A stretch of DNA of 63,192 nucleotides, the filler included. It is 8 parts of 8 records of this genome, joined end to end, with 100 filler letters (N's around TTAATTAATTAA, not from the genome) between each part and the next. Parts side by side here need not be neighbours in the genome. Positions count along the whole stretch, not along the records: positions 17,637 to 23,396 come from SRR31156797_11782; positions 23,497 to 29,790 come from SRR31156797_11784; 6 more parts are not named here. One strand, written 5' to 3'. The position numbers and the translations under genes are program-made. Shown one piece after another: positions 18,687 through 28,872 of this stretch (position 1 is the first letter of the stretch; every line of letters begins with the position of its first letter). The notes beneath the pieces were generated by a model. That model was not told the origin of the DNA, made no database searches, and was given only the letters and a program-made list of their open reading frames with translations.

Positions 18687-20808
18687 ATAATTCCTGCCTT
18701 ACGAGTTTCATTATCATTTCCGGTTCACGGTTATAACCCACAACAATCTTTGCGAAATCCCCGAAGTGCGAGATCTTCTTCACACGCGCCCATTCAAGGA
18801 TATCCTGTCTGCGCTTTAACTCGTCACGAACTTTCTCTTCTGGCCAGCCACGTCCTTCCATAACACTTTCAATTACGTAGGATCTGCCTGAATATTGGAA
18901 CATATCCTTTGCTGCATCCCAGACAAAGACATCATTTGTCAGGAGTTCGCCAGTCCTTGGATCAACACCAACAATCTCCGTTAATGTCTTACAACGCCTG
19001 ACACGCTCGTCACCTACTTTGACCTGTACCTGTATCGCAACAAGATCCAACGCCTGAATCATGATCCTTGGTACATTTATAGGTGGATTCTCCAGCCTGT
19101 GTACTACAGATTGTACTGAATCGGCGTGCATGGTGGAGAAAGTGGTGTGACCTGTTGACATTGCCTGGAAAAGTACATAGGCTTCAGCTCCTCGTACCTC
19201 ACCCACAAGGATATATTCAGGTCTTTGCCTCAGGGAAGCTCTGAGAAGCTCATACATTTCAATAGAACCCTTGTCATCACCTGAGAATGATTGTCTTGTA
19301 ACACCTGGAATCCAGTTTGGATGAGTGAGATTAAGTTCCCTTGTATCCTCAATGGAAACAATTTTCATTTCCGGCTGGATGAAAAGCGAGACAGCATTCA
19401 TTGCTGTTGTCTTACCGGAAGCTGTACCACCGGCAAATACAAGACTCTTGCTTGAATCCACAGCAAGCCACAGATATGCCATCATTGCTGTTGAGAATGT
19501 GTGGAACTCTACCAGGGTGGTAGGAGTTATCGGATTATCTTTGAATCTCCTGATTGTAAAAGTAGTACCACGCGTGGTAATTTCCCTTCCAAGCGTCATC
19601 TGGATACGGGAGCCATCAGGCATTGTAGCATCAAGCAAAGGCCTTGCAATAGATATGTGCCTGCCACATATCTGAGCAATTCTGATAGCAAATGAATCCA
19701 GTATATCATCAGACTCAAACTCTATATTAGAAGATATAGAATTGTATTCTTTGTGATAGATAAAAACTGGAGTATTTGGCCCATCACAGGAAATATCCTC
19801 GATGTAGGGGTCTCTCATCAATGTATCAATCTGACCATATCCAACATAATCCCGAACGAGATGATAAATAATCCTTTCACGTTTTCTCGGGGAAATATCA
19901 ATCTGGAATTCCTTCAGGTAGTTATACACATTTTCCTTGAGATATTCTTCGGCATTCTTGCGGGAAACTTCTTTAAGGTTCACATCAAGCGTTTCGATGA
20001 ATTTTAGTTTAATAGCATCAAGGAGCTCCTGCTCACTTTTAGAGAGAATAGGTTCTATTGACTGATACTGGAACTCATGAGTTTCAGGATCATATGCTAT
20101 CCTTATATAAGCATAAAGTGGATTTACCTCATACAGTTCCACTTCTTTAAAAGGACTGTCAGAAGGAATAGTGAGGTCAACTATAGGACCATGTTCCACG
20201 ATATTATAAGGATCTAGATTAACTTCCTTTCTGGAAAATAGCTTGCTCACACGGTCAACTATGGATTCTTTCTCTTCTTCCTCTTCTATAAAGAATCCAT
20301 CTTCAATAGGTTCGATTTCAAAGATATCATTGATGGTCTTTTGCCAGAAAGACTCGTTCTCATATTCAATGGCATCGATATAATATTCTACCTTAACCCC
20401 ATCAACCTTGCTCTTTAATGATTCAATGTTCACAGGCTCTGCATCCGGAAGAATCAGATCTGCAAGATCATCGATAACATCATCATGGTCTACTGATAGA
20501 AGACTTTCAAGCAATTTATCTGCTTCTTCCGGATCAAGATCTTCATCTTCAACGTCTTCCACAGGCACGTCATCAGCCTCAAAAACATCCAGGGAAATAT
20601 CCGGTTCTGAATTACCATCCTCCGGAATATTCGTCGCCATTTCCGATTCCGTGTCTTCTACTTCGTCTTCCTCTGTTGTTTCGATCTGCAGAAGAGAATC
20701 ATCCTCGCGTTCCAGTACTGGTTGCTCATCCTCTAAATCTAATGTCTCAGTTGGAAGAGTGTTATCCTCGTCTTTATCTTCGGTTCGGTCATCTGAAATG
20801 TTATTCAA
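18679..20808 (-). CDS. Type II/IV secretion system ATPase (VirB11/FlaI/TadA-like) with an acidic N-terminal extension
   Basis: IEDISCDG, GGTASGKTT Walker A, SIEDTREL Asp box, LRQRPEYILVGEVRG Walker B, TGH...TMHA His box. Confidence 0.95.
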   Translation of the reverse strand: MNNISDDRTEDKDEDNTLPTETLDLEDEQPVLEREDDSLLQIETTEEDEVEDTESEMATNIPEDGNSEPDISLDVFEADDVPVEDVEDEDLDPEEADKLLESLLSVDHDDVIDDLADLILPDAEPVNIESLKSKVDGVKVEYYIDAIEYENESFWQKTINDIFEIEPIEDGFFIEEEEEKESIVDRVSKLFSRKEVNLDPYNIVEHGPIVDLTIPSDSPFKEVELYEVNPLYAYIRIAYDPETHEFQYQSIEPILSKSEQELLDAIKLKFIETLDVNLKEVSRKNAEEYLKENVYNYLKEFQIDISPRKRERIIYHLVRDYVGYGQIDTLMRDPYIEDISCDGPNTPVFIYHKEYNSISSNIEFESDDILDSFAIRIAQICGRHISIARPLLDATMPDGSRIQMTLGREITTRGTTFTIRRFKDNPITPTTLVEFHTFSTAMMAYLWLAVDSSKSLVFAGGTASGKTTAMNAVSLFIQPEMKIVSIEDTRELNLTHPNWIPGVTRQSFSGDDKGSIEMYELLRASLRQRPEYILVGEVRGAEAYVLFQAMSTGHTTFSTMHADSVQSVVHRLENPPINVPRIMIQALDLVAIQVQVKVGDERVRRCKTLTEIVGVDPRTGELLTNDVFVWDAAKDMFQYSGRSYVIESVMEGRGWPEEKVRDELKRRQDILEWARVKKISHFGDFAKIVVGYNREPEMIMKLVRQELYG

Positions 20809-20885
20809 TTATTACCAACCCCAATATTAGCGGTCATTTTTTGATCTCATAGTGTACAGCATCTTATCACGGCCTTATTGTGAGA

Positions 20886-21683
20886 TCAATTCTTGTCCTT
20901 TGACAAAGAAAACTTCCTGCCTTTCTTCTTTCTGGCTTTTTCTTCCTCTTCTTTCTGTGCTTGCGGAGATAGCATAATACCTGCTATATCAGCCGCTTCT
21001 TTGTTGAAACCCACTGATGCCGGTGAACCCGGATACTTGATTACAAGTGGTGATTTAAATGCAAGGGCATTCTTTACATTGTTGTCTTCTTCAACGATCC
21101 CCAGAATTTTAAGACCCAGCGCAGTTTCAATTCTGTCTGCACTTAACTCATTTGGAGTGACACCTGTCCTGTTAAGAAATACTCCGCGGAAAGGTTTACC
21201 CATGTTCTCAGAAATTGCCTTCATTTTCATTGCACCTGCAAGGGATGCAATATCCGGATTCAGTACCTGTATGACCTCATCCGCCAGAGACAGAGTATAA
21301 ATAGAATTCTTGTTGATACCGGTGGGAGAATCCACTATAATGAAATCATATTTTTCTTTTACACCATCAATTATCTCGCTGAGGGTACTGATATCTGTAT
21401 TAACAAAACTCTGGAGGGAAATACTTCCCGGCAGAATGTGCAGATTATTCGGCCCGTCATAGATCGCTTCTTTCAAATCTGCAGTACCAGCAAGTAGATC
21501 ATGAAGACTTGCTTTTGATGTGTCTAAACCCAACATCAGCCCTATATTGGGCATTCCAATATCAGCGTCGATAACCAGAGTTTTTTTTGCAAACCCCGCA
21601 ATAGCAGCGCTGAGATTGATTGCAGCTGTAGTTGTGCCGACACCACCTTTCCCTGAAACAATAGTAATAATTGTTGCTGTCAT
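20886..21683 (-). CDS. minD: MinD/ParA-family ATPase with a degenerate Walker A (GKGGVGTTT)
   Basis: SGKGGVG, IDADIGMPN, DFIIVDSPTG, FLNR; basic C-terminal tail. Confidence 0.8.
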   Translation of the reverse strand: MTATIITIVSGKGGVGTTTAAINLSAAIAGFAKKTLVIDADIGMPNIGLMLGLDTSKASLHDLLAGTADLKEAIYDGPNNLHILPGSISLQSFVNTDISTLSEIIDGVKEKYDFIIVDSPTGINKNSIYTLSLADEVIQVLNPDIASLAGAMKMKAISENMGKPFRGVFLNRTGVTPNELSADRIETALGLKILGIVEEDNNVKNALAFKSPLVIKYPGSPASVGFNKEAADIAGIMLSPQAQKEEEEKARKKKGRKFSLSKDKN

Positions 21684-21931
21684 AAAATGCCTCTATTAAT
21701 ATGATTACGGATTCCTTTTCAGTTGAAGACGTTTACACTATCATGTCATCTAAAGTATATACTAAAGTAAATATCACTTAAAAATATAAATACATATCTA
21801 TATTATATTCCTATAAATGTCTGATAAGTCTCTGACAAATATCTTACAATTTTCAGATAATTGCAGATCAATTTTGAATATCAATTTTGCAGGTCAATCA
21901 CAATATATATGATCAGGTAGCATTCCCACAC

Positions 21932-22453
21932 ATGAACCAAAATGAAAAAAAGGATATTAAGCTCTTCCTTTATCATGCAAAACAATGTGATCCGAAGAAA
22001 TGCACCGGTAAGAAAATGGCCAGGTTCGGACTTGTAAACCTTTCTGAAAAAATAGAAAAAATTCCTTCAAGGTCCATATTGCTGGACCCTATGGCAGAAA
22101 AAGCACTTTCTCCTGCCGATAGTATAAAAAAAGGAATAACAGTCCTGGATTGCTCATGGGAAGAAGTTGAAAGAGTATTCCCTCAACTTTTAAAGCTAAG
22201 GCTTGAACACCGCGCACTACCATATCTGGTGGCTGCAAATCCGGTTAATTTCGGAAGACCTTTCAAGTTAACATCTGTTGAGGCATTTGCCGCTTCTCTG
22301 TACATACTGGGCAATAAAAAGCAGGCAGATAAGATCATGTCCAAGTTTAACTGGGGCCACACATTCCTTGAACTAAACCATGAACCTCTGGAAGAGTATT
22401 CACAGGCAAAAGACAGCAAGGATATACTGCGGATACAAAGCGAGTACATGTAA
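21932..22453 (+). CDS. tsr3: 16S rRNA aminocarboxypropyltransferase Tsr3 (DUF367)
   Basis: [42 protein letters not shown]; likely start ATG 21932. Confidence 0.93.
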   Translation: MNQNEKKDIKLFLYHAKQCDPKKCTGKKMARFGLVNLSEKIEKIPSRSILLDPMAEKALSPADSIKKGITVLDCSWEEVERVFPQLLKLRLEHRALPYLVAANPVNFGRPFKLTSVEAFAASLYILGNKKQADKIMSKFNWGHTFLELNHEPLEEYSQAKDSKDILRIQSEYM

Positions 22454-22481
22454 AAGCTATAAACCAGAGGTGTAACATAAA

Positions 22482-22934
22482 ATGATACAAATCGGAGTTA
22501 TCGGTGCGGGTTCCTGCGACAGGAAAATAAAACTGTTAGCAGAAGAAGTTGGAGCTGAGATCGCAAGAAGCGGAGCAATCCTTATTTGTGGCGGCCTTGG
22601 AGGAATCATGGAAGCATCTGCAGCCGGTGCCAAAAACAAAGGTGGAACAACGATAGGTGTCCTTCCGGGAGATAGTCGCACAGATGCAAACCCTCACATT
22701 GATATTGCAATCGTGACTGAGATGGGACATGCGCGCAACGTAATAATTGCACGCTCCTCAGATGCCCTGATAGCTGTTGACGGAGAGTATGGGACACTCT
22801 CGGAAATTGCACACTCCCTGAAAATGGGCAAGATCGTCGTGACACTGGAATCAAAATGGGAGATAGAGGGCACCATCAAAGCAAATAGCCCCCGAGAAGC
22901 TGTCAGGATTGCAATTGACAGCCTCAGCAGATGA
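22482..22934 (+). CDS. TIGR00725 family protein (LOG/SLOG Rossmann-fold nucleotide-binding)
   Basis: IGVIG, CGGLGGIMEA, TIGVLPG, GHARN, GEYGTLSEI; SD GAGGTG. Confidence 0.9.
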   Translation: MIQIGVIGAGSCDRKIKLLAEEVGAEIARSGAILICGGLGGIMEASAAGAKNKGGTTIGVLPGDSRTDANPHIDIAIVTEMGHARNVIIARSSDALIAVDGEYGTLSEIAHSLKMGKIVVTLESKWEIEGTIKANSPREAVRIAIDSLSR

Positions 22935-22967
22935 TTATAACACTATAAATTATCCATTTCCTGGATC

Positions 22968-23396
22968 GTAGAAATCCTGCTAATTACAACTCAGAACTCA
23001 GCAATTTTCAATAACTGAATTATTTCAATTGTATTCAGGATGGTAGCAAAGGACCGTGCTGCATGCGGCGGATACTTGTATCGTCCTTTGTTGCCAATGA
23101 TTTTTTGCAAAGCCATCAGAAACACACGGATGCAGGGAACAATAATGTCACTAGCCAGAAAACATGAATTACCAAATCCATGCCGGAGGTTACGGCGAAG
23201 CCGGAGCGATCTAAAAAGATGAATAAAATAATCAGCTGTTTCAACTCTTTTTCTGCAGATCCGTGATTAAAAATCGCCATGTTTTTGGCTCTGTAGAAAT
23301 CCTGTAAATTAAACTTTGAATTCAGTAATTTTCAACAACTGCATATTTCAATAGGCTTCAGGATAGTGGTGATGGAACGCGCCGCCTGCGGCGGAT
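22968..23396 (+). repeat. Intergenic direct repeat: 22968-23073 and 23293-23396 (period 325 bp), structured
   Basis: Two copies of about 105 nt, GTAGAAATCCTG...TTCAGGAT...TGCGGCGGAT; about 22 differences in 106 columns by manual alignment; the contig ends inside copy 2. Confidence 0.85.
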
Positions 23397-23496
23397 NNNN
23401 NNNNNNNNNNNNNNNNNNNNNNNNNNNNNNNNNNNNNNNNTTAATTAATTAANNNNNNNNNNNNNNNNNNNNNNNNNNNNNNNNNNNNNNNNNNNN
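23397..23496. other. Artificial contig spacer
   Basis: N-run + TTAATTAATTAA + N-run. Confidence 0.98.
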
Positions 23497-23537
23497 GCCG
23501 CAAAGATGATAACCGGCATCCGGAAAATTTTGAGCAA

Positions 23538-24905
23538 ATGAAAAAAGCGAAAGATGATACAGGCTCCCTGTTGTCCCCCCTTTTAACCTCGTTTTTCAAT
23601 GCCCTTGACACCGGCGACATTCCCTTTTGCGTCCTGAGAAACTATGATACCCTTCCGGAATATACCGCCAATGATGTTGATATACTGGTGTGCAAAAGCT
23701 GTTTTGACCAAGCCGTACAATTGCTTTGTGAAAATGCCGGACGCCTGGGCCTTATCCCGCACATGCAGATTGACTATGCCTGCCTTGCGCTCATGTTTCA
23801 TGCGGCGGCCAATCCCGGTGATCAGTATCACATCGATCTGTATAAAGAGATTACCTGGAAAGGGTTTTCCATTGCCGATCCAAATGCAATTCTAAGGTCC
23901 CGCCGCCCCCATCATGGATTTTATATTCCGGATTCTGCCTGGGAACAGACGATCAATCTGCTTGTCGGCATAGTCTACCATGGCCGTGTTAAAGAAAAAT
24001 ACAAACAAATGATTCATAAAACCGCAGAGGATAAGCGTCACGGCAACACCTTTTTATCAGTATTAACCGGGGTATTGGGTCCCCGAGAAGGCAGTGCCTT
24101 ATGGAAACATGCCAAAACATCCGCATGGAAATCCATTGAAAAAAGATATGGGAAGGTGCGAACCGCATTGATGGGTCAAAATATGCAAAAAGACCTGCCG
24201 GGTCTGCTCCGGCGCCAGGCCGCCATGGCCGGGCGGCTGGTGAGGCGATTGTTTTATCCTGCCGGTATGTCAATGGCAATAATCGGCCCGGACGGTGCCG
24301 GAAAATCGTCCGTGATCAGGGCGCTCGGGCAGAGGCTGATCACAACCTTTAAAGATAAGCAAAGGGTTGTTCACTGGCGGCCGGAGCTTATAGAGCCGTC
24401 TGTTGTATCCCGGCCGCCTGAAACAGCCCCCCATGGGAAACCCCTAAGGGGCAAGGGGCTGTCCATGATTTTTTTTACCTATCACACCCTGATGTTTATC
24501 ATTGGATATGCCCTGAAGCTGTCACCCTTGCGGTTCAAGGGGTGGGTGATTTTCCTGGACAGGTATTATTATGATTTTTTTGTTGATTTGAAACGGTTTC
24601 GCCTGACCCTTTCAAACCAATGGGTACATCTGGGATTCTTTTTTGTTCCCAAACCGGATATTGTCCTGCTGCTGGATGCCCCGCCCGGATTAATCAGGGA
24701 GCGAAAACAGGAGGTGAGTGAAGATGAGACTGCTCGCCAATGTCTTGCCTACCGGAAATTGTCCAGCCGCCTGCCCAACAGCTATATCCTGAATGCAGAC
24801 CAGCCTGTTGGCCGAGTCGTGGATGATGCCGTGAAAATTGTAATGGACGTTCTTTCCCAAAAGGCTGCACACCCCAGGGAGAAAGATCGGTGGCAGAAGC
24901 GTTGA
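23538..24905 (+). CDS. Fusion of a nucleotidyltransferase-like domain and a thymidylate-kinase-like P-loop kinase
   Basis: N-terminal LRNY..LP...NDVDIL and HIDL (Pol-beta-like DxD); C-terminal GPDGAGKS, FLDRYYYD, PKPD...RKQE. Confidence 0.75.
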   Translation: MKKAKDDTGSLLSPLLTSFFNALDTGDIPFCVLRNYDTLPEYTANDVDILVCKSCFDQAVQLLCENAGRLGLIPHMQIDYACLALMFHAAANPGDQYHIDLYKEITWKGFSIADPNAILRSRRPHHGFYIPDSAWEQTINLLVGIVYHGRVKEKYKQMIHKTAEDKRHGNTFLSVLTGVLGPREGSALWKHAKTSAWKSIEKRYGKVRTALMGQNMQKDLPGLLRRQAAMAGRLVRRLFYPAGMSMAIIGPDGAGKSSVIRALGQRLITTFKDKQRVVHWRPELIEPSVVSRPPETAPHGKPLRGKGLSMIFFTYHTLMFIIGYALKLSPLRFKGWVIFLDRYYYDFFVDLKRFRLTLSNQWVHLGFFFVPKPDIVLLLDAPPGLIRERKQEVSEDETARQCLAYRKLSSRLPNSYILNADQPVGRVVDDAVKIVMDVLSQKAAHPREKDRWQKR

Positions 24906-26176
24906 ATGGACATACAAAGCCGCCCTGGTCGTTTCTGCTGCCCGAAAAAGGGAATATTGCCCTAAAAGATATTCCGTTGTTCCCCCCGGATAAACGGTGT
25001 TCTCGAATTACCGGAAGCCTTGGTGAAACCCATTTAAACAAATTTGAGGGCATTGTTCTTGGCGCTCCCGGGAAAACAGATATCAGCCTGCTGAAAAAGA
25101 AGGGGTTTTCATGGTGCTACGCCTTTGCATCCATCCCGTCTCTTAAGTCGCCGCTCTGGTGCATTTCCACAGAGAACAGGCAGGTATCAGCCATGGGGCT
25201 GGATCTCTATACTCCCCAGCGATGGTTCGGGAAAATGGCAAAGCATTTTGCCCGGGGTCTTGATCTGCCCCGGTCGGCCTTTGGGTTTCCGGCCCGTCTC
25301 TTAATCGGATTAAGACAGCCTGCGACATTGGTGAAATTTTGCAGAAAATGGACCGGGTCCAAAGAGATTTTTTTCAATTTTTCGCAAGGCGCCAAAGGGC
25401 CGTTTCGGAAAACCACAATACAGGTTGTGGAAAAAAACGGATCACCGGCCCTGTATATCAAGGCGGCCGACACAAAAAAGGCCGGGAGGAGAATTGACAA
25501 TGAGGCACGGGTTCTCACCCTGCTGAATTCAAAACCGCTGCTTGCCGGCCATATTCCCGATCTTCTTTTCTTTGGGGACCATGGGAACCAGCATGTTCTT
25601 GCCCAGTCCGTGGTACAGGGCACCAGCGGGCCGAATTCCCCGGATAAGCTTTTATACACGTTTCTGACTAAGCTGGTGGGGGATGAACGGGTCCCGTTAA
25701 ACGGCCTGCCGTTCTGGCGGAACAGAGTACAAGATGAACTCGTCCCCTGCCGGTTTGACAACCTCAGGGCAAAAATAAAGAACAGCCTGGCCCATGCGGT
25801 GATTCCGAAAACAATCATGCACGGTGATTTTGCCCCCTGGAACGTATTCGTTCACAAAGAACAGATTATGGTGATTGACTGGGAATCCTGTGAACCGGAA
25901 GGACTTCCTTTTTTCGACATCTTTCACTATGTCCTGCGGTATGGGTTCCTGGTGGGACATTGGCCCGCTCAAAGGGCATTGAAGAAGATGCGGGCCCTGA
26001 TCAATTCGGCGTTGTTCCGGGGATATATGGAAAAAATAAATATGGATATGACCATGGCCTGGATATTTCTTGAACTCTACCTCATTGTTTCCCTTGGTGA
26101 TGAAGATGTCCGGCTTGATAAACGCTTTCGTGACCAGCACCTTGAACTGCTCAAGGTATTGGAGGGCTGCCGTTGA
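24890..26176 (+). CDS. APH/choline-kinase-like phosphotransferase of a polysaccharide cluster
   Basis: YIK..., NEA..L, HGDFAPWN, IDWE, FDIFHY. Confidence 0.8.
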   Translation: MAEALNGHTKPPWSFLLPEKGNIALKDIPLFPPDKRCSRITGSLGETHLNKFEGIVLGAPGKTDISLLKKKGFSWCYAFASIPSLKSPLWCISTENRQVSAMGLDLYTPQRWFGKMAKHFARGLDLPRSAFGFPARLLIGLRQPATLVKFCRKWTGSKEIFFNFSQGAKGPFRKTTIQVVEKNGSPALYIKAADTKKAGRRIDNEARVLTLLNSKPLLAGHIPDLLFFGDHGNQHVLAQSVVQGTSGPNSPDKLLYTFLTKLVGDERVPLNGLPFWRNRVQDELVPCRFDNLRAKIKNSLAHAVIPKTIMHGDFAPWNVFVHKEQIMVIDWESCEPEGLPFFDIFHYVLRYGFLVGHWPAQRALKKMRALINSALFRGYMEKINMDMTMAWIFLELYLIVSLGDEDVRLDKRFRDQHLELLKVLEGCR

Positions 26177-26215
26177 CTTTGACCCCGGCCCGAAAGATGA
26201 ACAGACCATAATACC

Positions 26216-28126
26216 ATGTGCGGCATCTCAGGATATATCGGCAAGCAGCCAGTGACGGAGCAAGAGGTCTCTTCTGTCCGAAAGATGAACCATTACCTGA
26301 TTCACAGGGGACCGGATGATAGCGGTTTCTTCAGCGAACACCAGGTGTGTCTTGCCATGCGGCGGTTGAGCATCATTGATATTCACTCCGGCAGCCAGCC
26401 CATTTATAACGAAGACAAAACCCTTGTACTGGTATTTAACGGTGAGATCTATAACTATAAAGCCCTTAGAAAGGCCCTGGTTGAAAAGGGCCACCGGTTT
26501 AAAACCGCCTCTGATTCGGAAACAATCGTCCATTTATACGAGGAATACGGCACGGACTGCCTGGGCCATTTGCGGGGAATGTTTGTCATTGCACTCTATG
26601 ACCGTTTAAAAAGGACCCTATTCATTGCCCGGGACCGGATCGGTGAAAAGCCGCTCTATGTATATGAAAATGGCTCGGGTGTTTTTTTTGCCTCTGAAAT
26701 AAAGGCATTGATAAAATCCGGAATTGCACCGCCCGACATTGATTATAAAGCCCTTCATTACTATTTCCATTACCGGTATATACCCGACCCCATGACCCCT
26801 CTGGCCGGGATAAGAAAACTCGAACCGGCCCATTATATGCTGATCCGCCCGGAGCCTTGGAAAATAAAAACATCATGCTATTGGCGCATGGCGGATATTC
26901 CGCCTGTTGAGGGGAACCCGGTTCAGCTTTTCCGCGGCGTCCTTGAGGATATATCGGAAAATATCGCCCAGTCCCATGCGCCTGTGGGTATTGCCCTGAG
27001 CGGGGGACTGGATTCAAGTGCACTTGCCTGTCTGCTGGCTGCTCGGGGAAAGGCCTTTCATGCCATTTCAATCGGGTATGAAGGCTGTCATTATTCTGAT
27101 GAACGAAAGGATGCCCGGGCATTGGCCAGGCATCTTAAGGTCCCCTTTACCGAGGTTGCGGTGAACACCGGCGAGATGGCGGCCGCCTTTGCCGATACGG
27201 TTTATCACAGGGATGATCCTATTTCGGATATTTCCGGATACAGTTATTATACCATCATGGAAACCGCGAGGAAAAAGGGTATCAAGGTCATGATCCAGGG
27301 CCAGGGAGGAGATGAGCTTTTTTTATCCTATGACTGGGTATGCAAGGCGCTGAACAACTCCGGATTGAAGGACCGTCTGTCCGGCAGGCAAACGATCCTC
27401 GACTGTTTGAATATGCACCTGCCCGGGAATCTGAGTCTGCGGTCTTTAAAATCCTGGATATCGGACCTGGGAGGCCTCTATTCTAGTTTTGAGACCTATC
27501 GAAACCTGAAAACCCTTCCCCGGAACCAGCTTGAGTTTTATAACCTTGAAAAGATGTATAAACATAATTTAAACCATGCCTCCGGCATGTATACGGATCA
27601 ATTCTCAGACCGGATACGAGGTACAAATGTAAATGATACCTTTACCTACGACCGGCCATGGGGCAATGTCGATCTATTAATCATGTCTTCTTTATTTAAA
27701 ACCTACCTGCTGCAGAACGGAATCACCCAGGGGGAAAGATTGAGTATGGCGGCATCGGTGGAGCTCAGGCTTCCTTTTGTAGACCACAAGCTGGTGGAAC
27801 TGATGGTCGGACTGCGGAAAGCTGAGGTTTATTTGGGAAGAAGGTCCAAAGAGCTTCTTAAAGCCTCCCTGTCTGATACCCTGCCCGCCTTTGTGCTGAA
27901 CCGGCCGAAAAAAGGGTTTTCTCCACCGATGAAATCATGGGTGAAGGCCATCCATAAGGAATATAAACATCTTTTCAATGACGGGTTTTTAACAAATCAT
28001 TCAATCCTAGATGAATCCTATATTAAAAATCGCTTTTTATCCGGGCCGCCGTCTTCTGTATACGGAAGAAACCAATTTATGAAAGTCCTGGTTCTGGAAT
28101 TGTGGTTCAGGCAGATGACGGGATGA
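26216..28126 (+). CDS. asnB: Asparagine synthase (glutamine-hydrolysing)-family amidotransferase
   Basis: MCGI N-terminal Cys, HRGPD, RRLSIID, FNGEIYN, RDRIGEKPLY, LSGGLDSS, GGDELF, RPKKGF. Confidence 0.95.
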   Translation: MCGISGYIGKQPVTEQEVSSVRKMNHYLIHRGPDDSGFFSEHQVCLAMRRLSIIDIHSGSQPIYNEDKTLVLVFNGEIYNYKALRKALVEKGHRFKTASDSETIVHLYEEYGTDCLGHLRGMFVIALYDRLKRTLFIARDRIGEKPLYVYENGSGVFFASEIKALIKSGIAPPDIDYKALHYYFHYRYIPDPMTPLAGIRKLEPAHYMLIRPEPWKIKTSCYWRMADIPPVEGNPVQLFRGVLEDISENIAQSHAPVGIALSGGLDSSALACLLAARGKAFHAISIGYEGCHYSDERKDARALARHLKVPFTEVAVNTGEMAAAFADTVYHRDDPISDISGYSYYTIMETARKKGIKVMIQGQGGDELFLSYDWVCKALNNSGLKDRLSGRQTILDCLNMHLPGNLSLRSLKSWISDLGGLYSSFETYRNLKTLPRNQLEFYNLEKMYKHNLNHASGMYTDQFSDRIRGTNVNDTFTYDRPWGNVDLLIMSSLFKTYLLQNGITQGERLSMAASVELRLPFVDHKLVELMVGLRKAEVYLGRRSKELLKASLSDTLPAFVLNRPKKGFSPPMKSWVKAIHKEYKHLFNDGFLTNHSILDESYIKNRFLSGPPSSVYGRNQFMKVLVLELWFRQMTG

Positions 28127-28872
28127 GCAGGCAGAAACGGTTTATTGTGACAACAAGCTGGGATGACGGAAGTCCCGAAGATCTCAAAATGATGGCGCTT
28201 CTGTACCGGTACGGCCTGGCCGGCACATTCTATATCCCTGTTAAGAATGATGAACGGCCTGTTATGAAGCGCCGGGATATTCTGGAGCTTGGTAAAAATT
28301 TTGAAATAGGAAGCCACACCTATGATCATCTTGCCTTGCCGGGGCTTTCAACCGGGGAGATGAGAAAACAAATTCTTGACGGAAAAAGATGGCTTGAACA
28401 ATTGCTGGGCAGGGAGGTCCCAAGTTTTTGTTATCCAAAAGGGAAATTCAGCCCCAGGACAGTCCAATCTGTAAAAGATGCAGGGGTTCGACTGGCCCGA
28501 ACAACACGGGCCTTTAAAATTTCTCCGGTCTGCACTCCGTTTGTCTGCGGCACCGCCTTGCAGGCCTTTCCCGAAAAACCGGTCATTCACCTTCGGCACG
28601 GACTAAAGGGGTTTAACTTATCCGGTATATACCTGTATGCGGTAAAACTGCACCTGGCCTCAAACTGGAAATCTCTGGCCATGAATCTGTTTGACATGGC
28701 TGTTCAGGCCGGCGGCACCTGGCATTTATGGGGACATTCCTGGGAAATAGCGGCATATGGTCTCTGGAAAGATCTTGAGGAGATCTTTGAGTATGTCGCA
28801 GGCCATGATGAGGCAGCGTATCTGACAAATGGAGAATTGGCGGAGGTCGTCAAACCTAAAAATAATCTATGA
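28123..28872 (+). CDS. Polysaccharide deacetylase (NodB/CE4)
   Basis: TTSWDDG, EIGSHTYDH, FCYPKG, HLWGHSWE; ATG 28123 overlaps the asnB stop. Confidence 0.9.
   Translation: MSRQKRFIVTTSWDDGSPEDLKMMALLYRYGLAGTFYIPVKNDERPVMKRRDILELGKNFEIGSHTYDHLALPGLSTGEMRKQILDGKRWLEQLLGREVPSFCYPKGKFSPRTVQSVKDAGVRLARTTRAFKISPVCTPFVCGTALQAFPEKPVIHLRHGLKGFNLSGIYLYAVKLHLASNWKSLAMNLFDMAVQAGGTWHLWGHSWEIAAYGLWKDLEEIFEYVAGHDEAAYLTNGELAEVVKPKNNL

Noticed and set aside
23040-23222. 60-aa ORF within the archaeal repeat
   Set aside because: No SD or recognisable motif; it overlaps the repeat and its hairpins.
22968-23396. CRISPR array
   Set aside because: The repeat is about 105 nt and degenerate, with a spacer of about 220 nt; no cas genes.
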